DNA of 64,000 bases from Methanobacteriota archaeon (GTDB taxonomy: Archaea > Thermoplasmatota > Poseidoniia > Poseidoniales > Thalassarchaeaceae). The stretch is taken from positions 25,282 through 89,281 of the forward strand of contig WTHQ01000019.1 of the NCBI GenBank assembly GCA_011523055.1, read 5' to 3'. The notes under the pieces are model-generated. The model saw only the letters and a list, made by a program, of their open reading frames with translations, did no database searches and was not told the origin of the DNA. Made by a program: the position numbers and the translations under genes. Positions 29,375 through 38,634 of the stretch are shown piece by piece (position 1 is the first letter of the stretch; the number at the start of each line of letters is the position of its first letter).

Positions 29375-31051
29375 ATGCGAACTGCCATATGGTCGATATT
29401 GACTGTCTTGATCGTGCTATCGATGAATGTCGTTGCACAAACAGAGGAAATCAACTCAGATATTGTGTGGGATACCGACCGATCACACTCAGGGACGATC
29501 ATAGTTTCCTCTGGACACTCGCTGACAATCGAAAACTCGATCGTCAACATGGGTGAGGGGTCTGGTATCGTGGTAGAGGAAGGAGGAAGACTGGAAATAC
29601 TCGACTCCGAGTTGACCGCGACAAGCCCGCCTGTTGGCATCGTTGGATTTGGTTACGGGATCGGAAACAAGGCCTCCTCATTCAAAATCCCAGCAAGTGA
29701 CTATGATTCGAGTTTCAAGGCTACAATAATGCCTCAAGACGGAGGCTCATTCTTCGGGTTTGAATTCATGATTGAAGGAGGCGAATCAATTTATGGTAAT
29801 GAGTCCGAAATGGTGATTGATTTTGACTCCCAAGCCTCCGATACCTGGATAACCATCCTTGGAATTCCAACAAACATTGTCGGAATTGCACTCTTGGAAA
29901 TGGAGTTTGATGGCGGAAATGTTATCCAGATACCCGGAGTAGATCTTGAGACCAAGAACATGAGGCCATCTGGCTCATTTGGGTTCCATATTAGTTCCAA
30001 TGGGTTGGTCGAGATTACTGGCTCTAAGATTTTAGGGGGTAGTTTGCAATTTGATGGTGAAGCAAGTATTGTTGACAGTACGCTCAACAGAAGTACGCCA
30101 GTCATTGCAATGTCTGATGTCGCTGAGATCTCAATGTCTGATGTCTCAATCTCTTGGTCTCTGGATGATCATGACCTCAGGATGGGTCCGTCCACGACTC
30201 TCTCCACAAGTTCCGTGGAATGGTCAGGGGGTTTGACAGATAGATGGGAGAGGAGAGTGGGTCAGCAGATGGTTGAGTTCTCATCCTCCGGCGTGGTTTA
30301 CAGTGTCCAGGGGCTCGGTTACCAACAATCGAATTTGGGATCCTTGATCTCTGATCAAAATGGCATGGGAATCATTGGCTCAGGGGCTGAAAGAGTTGTT
30401 GAAATTGGCTGGGCAATAGACTCTGATCAGTATAACCAGTCACCCATCTGGGTCGAGCAGGCGGTAGTAATCACCGAACTATACCGGACTGCTTGGAATC
30501 CCCAATCTGAGGTCGAGGACTACGGCGGACGCGTGGCAGTTGACTGGAACAAATCGACTGTCATCGCCAAGGCCGGATCTCCAGACGTCATATCCTGGAA
30601 TTCACCAGATATTCACATCCTGTCAATGAGTCATGATGGAGAGTTATCCGCTGACCCAAACAAGGGTTGGAAGGGCAATGTTTCAATCGCCAACACAGGT
30701 AACTCCGACGCAATCGTCTACTTTGTGTGCGATGATGCAGAGACAGGTCTCAGGCAATCCATCGGCGATTCTTATGTCGGAGGTAAAATCGAGGCAGGGG
30801 GCACAGAAGGATTCCCGATCAATTGGACGCCAGTCGGAGAGGGCGATATGGCCATCACCTGCTCAATTCTTACCCCCAGCCAACTCGTCGAGGAAGATAC
30901 CTGGGGAGGTGGTTCTATCACATCGCCCATTATCAGTTTCAGCGTGCAGGAAACAGGCGAAGCTGGAAGCGCTATACCTGCTCTGGTGGCAATGGTTGGC
31001 GCGGCCCTAATCATGGGATTCTACACATTCAGGAGATCGAAATCAGCATGA
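29375..31051 (+). CDS. secreted/surface hypothetical protein with C-terminal TM anchor
   Basis: Signal peptide MRTAIWSILTVLIVLSMNVVA, beta-rich acidic body, C-terminal TM followed by FRRSK. Confidence 0.75.
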   Translation: MRTAIWSILTVLIVLSMNVVAQTEEINSDIVWDTDRSHSGTIIVSSGHSLTIENSIVNMGEGSGIVVEEGGRLEILDSELTATSPPVGIVGFGYGIGNKASSFKIPASDYDSSFKATIMPQDGGSFFGFEFMIEGGESIYGNESEMVIDFDSQASDTWITILGIPTNIVGIALLEMEFDGGNVIQIPGVDLETKNMRPSGSFGFHISSNGLVEITGSKILGGSLQFDGEASIVDSTLNRSTPVIAMSDVAEISMSDVSISWSLDDHDLRMGPSTTLSTSSVEWSGGLTDRWERRVGQQMVEFSSSGVVYSVQGLGYQQSNLGSLISDQNGMGIIGSGAERVVEIGWAIDSDQYNQSPIWVEQAVVITELYRTAWNPQSEVEDYGGRVAVDWNKSTVIAKAGSPDVISWNSPDIHILSMSHDGELSADPNKGWKGNVSIANTGNSDAIVYFVCDDAETGLRQSIGDSYVGGKIEAGGTEGFPINWTPVGEGDMAITCSILTPSQLVEEDTWGGGSITSPIISFSVQETGEAGSAIPALVAMVGAALIMGFYTFRRSKSA

Positions 31052-32254
31052 TTGAACGGCATTCCAGCTCTCGGATGTGTATTGGCCAGCGTCATTCAAA
31101 TTGGTCTCCTCGTACAAGTAATAGCTCGTGTGTTGGATAGATTCTGTAGACCATGGATCTAGGTTTTGTCCTACTATTGTGAGAGAATAACATCCGAAAC
31201 CAGATTCCATCCAATCCTCCTTCAGTATCACAGATCTATCAATGTCCTGGGCCACGGTGCTGCCACCTAACCTCATACTGGGGCCTGAGTCACCGATATA
31301 TGCTGATCCGGAGCCGTACTCACCGCCAACTGAAAGCCATGTAGCGGTTGTGTGCCTTACCTCTATCACTGGATAGTCTATGGAATCTGAGCCCTCGTAG
31401 GTCATGACTACATCCAAATCGTAGTCGGCAAAAGGCATGGCTGCTATGAATTCCTGCGAGGAGCCCAATAGTCCGGCTGTGACATCCAGTGCAACACCCG
31501 AGAGACAGCGATCCTTCGTGGATCCCTCACAATCTTGCGTCTTGAAAGACGGGGTGGCAGTCACATCAACCCCCGTGAGGGTTCTCGATAGGGCGTTGGA
31601 GTCGAGGTTCCTTTCCCATGTGTTGCCATCTATCTCAACGATAATGCGATATTCCGAATCTGGCAAGGCATTCTCATTGTAGAATGCTTGAATGGGTATT
31701 TTCAGCCGACCATAGTCTCCCTGCCCATCTTCTTTGTCTATCGTGAGGCTCGAGGTAGAGGTGTAAGAATAAGATCCTTGGGCAATAGTGACGGAGGCAT
31801 CATATGTTCCTGAGCCACCATTTTGCCTGATCTTCAGTACCAGTTCATCGGTTTCCTCATCGTGCTCAATTTGTCCGAGGGACATCTCCCCAGTCAGAAG
31901 GAGTGCGATGGCAAAGTTAGAAGACAGGAGGAGTATGAATGACATGCCTACCGCTATTGTCGGCAATGAAGCAGGGGCAGGCCGGCCGATCGAGATCCAT
32001 ATCGCCCCGCCCGAAATAAAGAGGACTGCGGCGGAGAGGTAACCTGCATTTTCACCGATGAAGATTCCGCCAAACCACATCACTATGAAGTACGGGACAA
32101 CCATGCCTCCGAGGATGAGCATTGCCAGCCTAGAATTGGAATTCATATCATTTTGCCGCGATGGTTTGCTGGAGCCTGATGGTTCGGTGTGGCCCAAATC
32201 AGCATTGCCAGTTTGTTGTTTTGCCGCCTTCTCCAGGAGTCCCCCGTTCGACAT
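31043..32254 (-). CDS. hypothetical membrane protein with extracellular beta domain
   Basis: 403 aa; three N-terminal TM helices then an acidic Cys-containing domain. Confidence 0.75.
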   Translation of the reverse strand: MSNGGLLEKAAKQQTGNADLGHTEPSGSSKPSRQNDMNSNSRLAMLILGGMVVPYFIVMWFGGIFIGENAGYLSAAVLFISGGAIWISIGRPAPASLPTIAVGMSFILLLSSNFAIALLLTGEMSLGQIEHDEETDELVLKIRQNGGSGTYDASVTIAQGSYSYTSTSSLTIDKEDGQGDYGRLKIPIQAFYNENALPDSEYRIIVEIDGNTWERNLDSNALSRTLTGVDVTATPSFKTQDCEGSTKDRCLSGVALDVTAGLLGSSQEFIAAMPFADYDLDVVMTYEGSDSIDYPVIEVRHTTATWLSVGGEYGSGSAYIGDSGPSMRLGGSTVAQDIDRSVILKEDWMESGFGCYSLTIVGQNLDPWSTESIQHTSYYLYEETNLNDAGQYTSESWNAVQSC

Positions 32255-32320
32255 GTTGGCACTCCCACGGTGAAGAGCCTGTTATGAAGCAGTCGACGTG
32301 AGGGGCGTTGCTGCGTCTGA

Positions 32321-33268
32321 TTAGAGCGTTGGGGCCTCGAGCGGGATCACGTTCCCATCTTCATCAATCGCAGGAACATTGTCTTTCCTTGGGCCCCGGC
32401 CTGCTAGAGCAGCGGCTGCGAGCGCGGAAATCATCATTGTACCTACAATCTCAAATCCAGGTAGGTAGATTCCTCTAATGTAGATCGTCATGGTCTGTAT
32501 CTGATAATCTGCTATTCCGACAGTCTTGATGGAGTAGTCACTAGTTGCCTTGAAGTTGAGGTTGTAGTATTTGTCAGTCCACCCTTGGTTCTTGGGCGTT
32601 CTCATCTGAACGTATATTTTCTGAGGGGGGGCCATCGACTCGATTTCCACTGAGACAAGGGGTATGCTCAGTTGAAATCCCTCATCATTGAGCTCTTCCC
32701 TGTTATCAATCCCTATGGCAAACCTGTCCATGGCGTTCCCGTCATTGTGTACCGCAAAGACAAGGTTAGTATCGACTTTTGGTCTCAATTGTATGAACGC
32801 AACGTCGCTTTCAACCCTCAGTCGGCTGAATTGCCTAATGATTGCCAACACAGTGTACGTCGAAGGTGAGCTCGTCACAGGTACGCCGTTTGCTTGTGTA
32901 ACTTCTGCTGTGATCGCTACGGTTTGGGATCCCTCAGGTGCCCTAAGATCGGCCCTCAAGGTTACCTGGAAAGATGCGGACAAGCCATTTCCGACTGTAA
33001 CGCTGGCAGGCCCTGAATACGCTAGGTTGCCTGCTTGTATCCTTATCTCTACCTTAACCTGGTGTACAGAGGGATTCTCGAGGTTGCAGTTTACGATCGT
33101 AGAGCGTGGAGCACCTGGCTCTACGTCGATAGGCGAGGGTTGAGAACAAGTGAGAGTGATATCCGGTACAGCCCCTTGGGCCTGGACAGCAGCAGCACCC
33201 GCCCATGTGCTGAGCACGTAGACAACAAGTATCATCACGGCTCCTCGTGCTGACCTGCGGGCTGTCAT
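32321..33268 (-). CDS. secreted Ig-like protein with PGF-CTERM-like sorting signal (choice-of-anchor T-like)
   Basis: Signal peptide after MTARRSAR, with TATA-like CTAAATA about 25 nt upstream; two beta-sandwich domains; YLPGF + TM + basic residues. Confidence 0.7.
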   Translation of the reverse strand: MTARRSARGAVMILVVYVLSTWAGAAAVQAQGAVPDITLTCSQPSPIDVEPGAPRSTIVNCNLENPSVHQVKVEIRIQAGNLAYSGPASVTVGNGLSASFQVTLRADLRAPEGSQTVAITAEVTQANGVPVTSSPSTYTVLAIIRQFSRLRVESDVAFIQLRPKVDTNLVFAVHNDGNAMDRFAIGIDNREELNDEGFQLSIPLVSVEIESMAPPQKIYVQMRTPKNQGWTDKYYNLNFKATSDYSIKTVGIADYQIQTMTIYIRGIYLPGFEIVGTMMISALAAAALAGRGPRKDNVPAIDEDGNVIPLEAPTL

Positions 33269-33376
33269 ATTGAAGCCTTCAGGATAAGCCGTATTTAGCG
33301 GTTCTTCAGTGATGGATGAATTATCGGTCTTTTGAGTGCACAATTTGTGATCACCGATTTCCAAACAGACGGTTTC

Positions 33377-33453
33377 TGGTGGACCCGACCGGATTTGAAC
33401 CGATGACCACCCGGTTATGAGCCGGGCGCTCTAACCAACTGAGCTACGGGTCC
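33377..33453 (-). tRNA. tRNA with CAU anticodon, most likely tRNA-Ile2 (agmatidine-modified); encoded CCA
   Basis: GGACCCG TAGCTCAGTTGGTTAGAGC G CCCGG CTCATAA CCGGG TGGTC ATCGG TTCAAAT CCGGT CGGGTCC A CCA. The G1-C72 pair and absence of the three G-C anticodon-stem pairs exclude the initiator; the GG-start stem fits archaeal Ile2 better than elongator Met. Confidence 0.93.
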
Positions 33454-33681
33454 CCGTGCTTGACGCGACAGTTCACAGATTTGGATGTTCTCGATAATCA
33501 ATGTTGGAAGTAGACATGAGATTCTTCGAGAATAGTGAGGTAATCACGGCTCTAACTCCTAGTAACCACCATATTACTGTTAGAAAATCACGTTTCCACG
33601 TGACTAAGTAGATACTTGCATCCACAGTAAGTGTGAACTAAAACACTTATTCGGTTGTTCCCCCCCGGGCGTAACGATAAC

Positions 33682-36378
33682 ATGTCTGGCAACCGCTCTG
33701 GAACCTATCTCATAGTTGGAATTATCCTAATTGGATTGAACGCATTTGCATTCGCACCGTACGTGTCGGACGCCACATTGGAAACAGTTCGAGATACAGT
33801 TGAGTCAGGTTATGATGACGAGGAGGATTACTCAGGGGATGATGAGTGGTCTGAATCAGTATCGCAGCGGACGTACTTCGCATACTCAATGACTAACCCG
33901 TCAGATGTGTTGGAAGGAAATGCTCCGGAATTTACCAAAATGGGCCCATTTATCTACAATGTCACAGTCCACAATGACCTGCTGGGATGGAACTCAGAAA
34001 ATGCAACAATAACATACTCTTCATATGACGTGTTCGAGCATTGTGCTGATTGCGTGTGGGAGGATTCCGACGGAGTGGAACATCAATCGCTTCCCGAGGA
34101 TACGCAAGTTACCAATCAAAACATCCTGTGGAACACCCAATTGATAGCCGGCATCTCTACCGGAATCCAATACGGTGAGCAGTTTGCCAAGGCAGGATTC
34201 ACCAAGAGCATGATGACCTATGACATGATGTATCTTGCACCGAGCATGGACACTGCGGATCAGATCTCAGAACTTGTGTCTGGCGCAGAAGCCGCTATTG
34301 ACGCCCAAACGGGTGGTCAGCTGGATGCACTAACGGTTTCGGCGATGGCTGACGCTATGGTTCTTGACGGTTTCTTCGCAAGTTGGAATGCAACCCTTGA
34401 TGACGCCCAGAGACAAGGCCTTGGAGCCGACGTGATGTCACCTGACTTCAGCGCTGCGGCAGGTTCGATAATGAATAGCGCCGTAGACGCAAGCAGCCAA
34501 GAATGCATGGCCTTGACCTGCGACTATGGACCATGGATGGTCGCAGCATGGGGTGAGCCCAGCTCAGTGATTACCCCCCTCCGTGCGGACCTACTGGGAT
34601 ATGGCACCACCGATCCTGTTGAAATGACTCTTATGGATTGGGCGGTGTACGCAGGCGCTGCGTCCATGATGCAGGCGAACGGAGCTGGGGTCCCCCCGGA
34701 GCTTGCCTCGAACGAATCAAACTCACACAAAGTTGGGGTTCTCACAGGCTACGATTTCAAGTCAAGCAGCGGTGAAATCTACGTGGATGAACTCAATTAC
34801 TTCCTGTTCGGAGTGAATGAAGCCACAGGATACCCAGCGGGGATGCTCGCCGAACAGGACCTGAGTGGAATTCCCCTCTACGGAGTGGTTCTCTCGTTGC
34901 TACCCCTCACTGCTAGCCCCCCAGACTACATGGGTTACATCGAGGAGTACAGCATACCTGGCATCCTAACTATGCAGGGCGTCGCTGGTTGGTCATCAGG
35001 CTGGCAGCTTGCAGAGACCCATTTCCCAATGCGCGTTGTCAACCCCGCAGCCTCTGGAACAATGGATGCCGACACGTGGTGGAAGATGTCTTTCGGAGGG
35101 GAAGAGCCTCTGCTAGGCGGAAACATAGCTGTGGGACTAAACAGGAACATGGCGGCAGGAGAGGGTTCAAACCTCGCACTAGAAAAGGTAGATGAGATTC
35201 TCTACGATGGGCCGTATGCATTGACAAACTCTGACATGGCAACGATGTTCATGTACGGGGAGTTGTCAGGAATGACATTCCCCATGACAGCTAGTGGCCC
35301 TGGAGTCGGCGGGGTCCAGAGCGTCTGGGATGATTCCCATGTCGCAGGCATGTACGGAATTTCTGAATCCGATGCTTCCCTATTGAGGTCATGGGTCAAC
35401 GATCTGATGTTCGGACAGGTAGTCGGCCTGCTATTGAACTTCCAATATGGTGCTGGCCCTCTAACCACCCAATCAATCAGCAACTGGCTGTATGGCTGGT
35501 CGGACCCTGTCCTTGTGGGCCTATACGGCGCTGAGAACAGTTGGGTCAGCCTTGAGACAAATGCCACCTACTATGGGAGCGGAGGGCTTTCAACCGGCGA
35601 TTACAGCGTCTATGAGGAAACCACGTCCGCCGATGGAGGGACCCCTGGGCTGCGGGTCGCGGAAGGCTACCTCGATTCCGAAACGGGCGAGATCTACGGA
35701 ATGGGGCCTGACATGCCATGGAGATCGGATTCAGCTGAGGAGGCCACTCTCGGTCTGTTGTCTAGTCACGTTGGAAATGACCTAACCGATCAATCAGGAG
35801 CGATCGGTGGCATCGTCAATGACCCAGATGAACCTCAATTGGTGAACTTAGTGGGCTATGCTCTCGCAGAGACAGAAGTGATTGGCGACATCGTGTTCAA
35901 GGACATTCCAATGGTTCATCACAGAGTATCTCTAGAACCAACGGAGAACCAAATCCAAGCCAAGCTAATCGGCTCTGGCACGGTTATCGACGTTCTTCCA
36001 GGCGCCTTGCCAGTCTACTTTGAATCCAACGTTGACATCTACGTCGAGGAAATAACGGGTATCGCGATGTATGGGAAGAGCAAATCGACCTTCCACCTCG
36101 ACCTGAGGGGTCCTGGGATGATGGATCCAGTTCTAAACGTGGACACGCATCCAGTGTTCGAGATCCATACCGCTAGCGAGATCGGGGACGATGATGCAGG
36201 AAGTTTCGTGTCCGCCGTCATTGACAACCAGGGAATGTTCTTCTGGACTGACTTCGGGTCAGGGGCTGATGGTTCAACAGATGACCTCGTCGACTTCTTG
36301 GCATTCGGAATCTATGTCTTGGCGGTCGGGCTTCTAGTAGCGGGAGCCAGGGGCCGCTCGTCCACAGAAGCCGAGTAA
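33682..36378 (+). CDS. CD36/scavenger receptor class B-like membrane protein
   Basis: TM at both termini; YFAYSMTNPSDVLEGNAPEFTKMGPFIYNV, ATITYSSYDVF, TNQNIL, TTQSISNWLYGWSDPVL, FKDIP, VDIYVEEITGIAM and HPVFEI occur in CD36-family order. Confidence 0.75.
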   Translation: MSGNRSGTYLIVGIILIGLNAFAFAPYVSDATLETVRDTVESGYDDEEDYSGDDEWSESVSQRTYFAYSMTNPSDVLEGNAPEFTKMGPFIYNVTVHNDLLGWNSENATITYSSYDVFEHCADCVWEDSDGVEHQSLPEDTQVTNQNILWNTQLIAGISTGIQYGEQFAKAGFTKSMMTYDMMYLAPSMDTADQISELVSGAEAAIDAQTGGQLDALTVSAMADAMVLDGFFASWNATLDDAQRQGLGADVMSPDFSAAAGSIMNSAVDASSQECMALTCDYGPWMVAAWGEPSSVITPLRADLLGYGTTDPVEMTLMDWAVYAGAASMMQANGAGVPPELASNESNSHKVGVLTGYDFKSSSGEIYVDELNYFLFGVNEATGYPAGMLAEQDLSGIPLYGVVLSLLPLTASPPDYMGYIEEYSIPGILTMQGVAGWSSGWQLAETHFPMRVVNPAASGTMDADTWWKMSFGGEEPLLGGNIAVGLNRNMAAGEGSNLALEKVDEILYDGPYALTNSDMATMFMYGELSGMTFPMTASGPGVGGVQSVWDDSHVAGMYGISESDASLLRSWVNDLMFGQVVGLLLNFQYGAGPLTTQSISNWLYGWSDPVLVGLYGAENSWVSLETNATYYGSGGLSTGDYSVYEETTSADGGTPGLRVAEGYLDSETGEIYGMGPDMPWRSDSAEEATLGLLSSHVGNDLTDQSGAIGGIVNDPDEPQLVNLVGYALAETEVIGDIVFKDIPMVHHRVSLEPTENQIQAKLIGSGTVIDVLPGALPVYFESNVDIYVEEITGIAMYGKSKSTFHLDLRGPGMMDPVLNVDTHPVFEIHTASEIGDDDAGSFVSAVIDNQGMFFWTDFGSGADGSTDDLVDFLAFGIYVLAVGLLVAGARGRSSTEAE

Positions 36379-36387
36379 GTCGCACGC

Positions 36388-36894
36388 CTAGGCACTGAGG
36401 CAGTGAGAGATTACTGATTCGTAATCCGGCTGAACCCCTGGGTTCTCCGCTGCCCATGCGTAGCTCACCCTTCCATCCGGCTCAATCACGAAAATTGATC
36501 TCGTTGCCACGGTGTACCCGGGTATTACAAAATCATGGTAAGTCACCCCGAATGAGTCAATCACAGACCTGTGAACATCAGAGAGAAGGGGGAAGGCGAT
36601 TCCGCTCTGCTGGGCAAAGGCCGCATTGGAAAACGGTGCGTCAACTGAAATTCCCACCACACTGCACCCCGTATTTTCGAGGTCGGACATCATGTCTGTC
36701 AGTGTGCACATCTCCTCAGTGCATACCCCAGTGAAAGCAGCGGGGTAGAATGCAACTAACAACCTTGAATCTAGATGGTCGCGGCTATCGAATATCGACT
36801 TGTCTTGTGCAGTCAACTGGAAATCAGGTGCAACATCACCAACGCTCAGCATATAGGGTCCATGATGGGCAGGGTTCACCAACCCTCCGGTCAT
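36388..36894 (-). CDS. peroxiredoxin (Bcp/AhpE-like)
   Basis: VGDVAPDF, FYPAAFTGVCTEEM, GISVD, FPLLSD, RSIFVI. Start may be MLSVGD at 36852. Confidence 0.92.
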   Translation of the reverse strand: MTGGLVNPAHHGPYMLSVGDVAPDFQLTAQDKSIFDSRDHLDSRLLVAFYPAAFTGVCTEEMCTLTDMMSDLENTGCSVVGISVDAPFSNAAFAQQSGIAFPLLSDVHRSVIDSFGVTYHDFVIPGYTVATRSIFVIEPDGRVSYAWAAENPGVQPDYESVISHCLSA

Positions 36895-38630
36895 TACATC
36901 CTGCTCGGAGCATCCATGCCAAGCAGGTTCAACCCATGTTCAAGGATCCTTCCTGTGATCCGGCATAGTTCGATTCTCTGATCCCTTATCTCTTTGTTCT
37001 CGGTTAAAACTGGACAGTTTTCGTAGAATGAGCCGAATGCTTGTGACATCTTGTGTAAATGTTTGCAGATTCTGCTGGGTGCTAGATCTGCCAGGGCGTG
37101 GTCCACAGCCTCTGGGTACTTCAAAACCTCTCGGGCTAGCTTCATCTCGTGTTCGCTAGCCAGCTCAAAGGATGTGAATTCCGTGCCTCCTTGGCTATGC
37201 CTTTCCTTGTTCAAGATGCTGTTAATCCTAGCATGGGCGTATTGGATGTAGGGGCCTGTCTCCCCTTCAAAACTCAGCATTTTGTCCCAATCAAAAATAT
37301 AGTCCTTGGTCCTGTCTGATTTAAGATCAGAGTATTTCACCGCCCCGATACCAATGCTCCGGGCGAGAATCCTGAGATCTTCTTTGGAGATGTCCGGATT
37401 CCTTTCCAAGACCGCTACTGAGGCTCTCTCAATTGCTTCATTCAGGAGATCTAGAAGTCTTATGGCCTCCCCGCTCCTACTCTTCAACTTCCCACCATCA
37501 GGCCCGAGCACCAGTCCAAAGGAAACGTGCGTGGCGGTATGGCGATCCCCCATGAGGCCGCCTTTCCTCGCGCTAGCAAAGACCATCTCGAAGTGTTGTT
37601 TTTGCTCAGCCCCCACGACATAGATCAAATCATCCGCATTGAGCCTCTGTGTTCTGTCAGAAATACACGCCAGATCTGTTGTTGCATAATTGTACCCTCC
37701 ATCGCTCTTTCGGATAATGAGAGGCAGGGGGTCGCCATCCCTGTTAACCCAATCCCCTGGATAGATTACTAGTGCCCCGTTGTTCGTCTCAAGTATTCCT
37801 TTTTCATGAAGTTGTTCAACTAATCCCGGCAACAAAGGATCGTATTTTGATTCGCCCATCACATCATCCCTCGTCAAGAGTACGCCGAGCAACTCGTAGA
37901 CCTCTTGGAAATGGCCCATTGATATGTCAACCAGCTGGCTCCATCTCTGAAGGGTTGGCCCATCCCCGGCCTGCAGTGAGACAACCCTCTCCCGGGCCCT
38001 TTGACGGAAGTTTTCGTCTTCATCGAACTTAATTCGGCACTCCCTGTAAAATTCCCCCAAGTCGGAGAGCGCTTCCACGGGGTCGATACCATCGGAGTCG
38101 AGATCCTCAAGCCTCTCAATCAACATGCCAAAAGGAGTGCCCCAATCTCCAACATGATTCTCTCGAATTACTCGATTTCCCTTTGCCTCGAAAATGCGGG
38201 CCAGAGAGTCACCGATGACCGTGGACCTCAGATGGCCCACGTGCATTTCCTTGGCAATGTTCGGTGAGGAGTAGTCTACAACGACTGTTCTTTGGGAGGC
38301 TTTTTCCACCCCCAAAGTTGGATGCCTGCAAATATCGACTAGCCTGGAGGAAACCCAACCCGAACTCGCTCTGAAGTTAACATAGCCAGCCTTGGAACTG
38401 ACATTTGCGATTCCAACTAAGTGTGGGGCCAATATCTCTGCTGCCTCATCAGCAATATCCACTGGCGACCTCTTCAGGACACCTGAAAACCTGTGGAATG
38501 GAACTGCCAAGTCCCCGTGGGACTTGTCGGTAGCATCACCAATTATCGATCTTGGGTCGAGGTTATCTATGCCAATGCTTGACAGGACGTGGTCCATCCC
38601 AGTGGCTACAGGTTCGACCAAATCACGCAT
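36894..38630 (-). CDS. argS: arginine--tRNA ligase
   Basis: VDYSSPNIAKEMHVGHLRST, NHVGDWG, KSDGGYNYATTD, KLKSRSG, YIQYAHARI. Confidence 0.97.
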   Translation of the reverse strand: MRDLVEPVATGMDHVLSSIGIDNLDPRSIIGDATDKSHGDLAVPFHRFSGVLKRSPVDIADEAAEILAPHLVGIANVSSKAGYVNFRASSGWVSSRLVDICRHPTLGVEKASQRTVVVDYSSPNIAKEMHVGHLRSTVIGDSLARIFEAKGNRVIRENHVGDWGTPFGMLIERLEDLDSDGIDPVEALSDLGEFYRECRIKFDEDENFRQRARERVVSLQAGDGPTLQRWSQLVDISMGHFQEVYELLGVLLTRDDVMGESKYDPLLPGLVEQLHEKGILETNNGALVIYPGDWVNRDGDPLPLIIRKSDGGYNYATTDLACISDRTQRLNADDLIYVVGAEQKQHFEMVFASARKGGLMGDRHTATHVSFGLVLGPDGGKLKSRSGEAIRLLDLLNEAIERASVAVLERNPDISKEDLRILARSIGIGAVKYSDLKSDRTKDYIFDWDKMLSFEGETGPYIQYAHARINSILNKERHSQGGTEFTSFELASEHEMKLAREVLKYPEAVDHALADLAPSRICKHLHKMSQAFGSFYENCPVLTENKEIRDQRIELCRITGRILEHGLNLLGMDAPSRM

Positions 38631-38634
38631 AATA

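Noticed and set aside
33377..33453. Initiator tRNA-Met, or an integration site for an island
   Set aside because: Lacks A1-U72 and the three G-C anticodon-stem pairs; no integrase and no duplicated tRNA 3' end seen in the window
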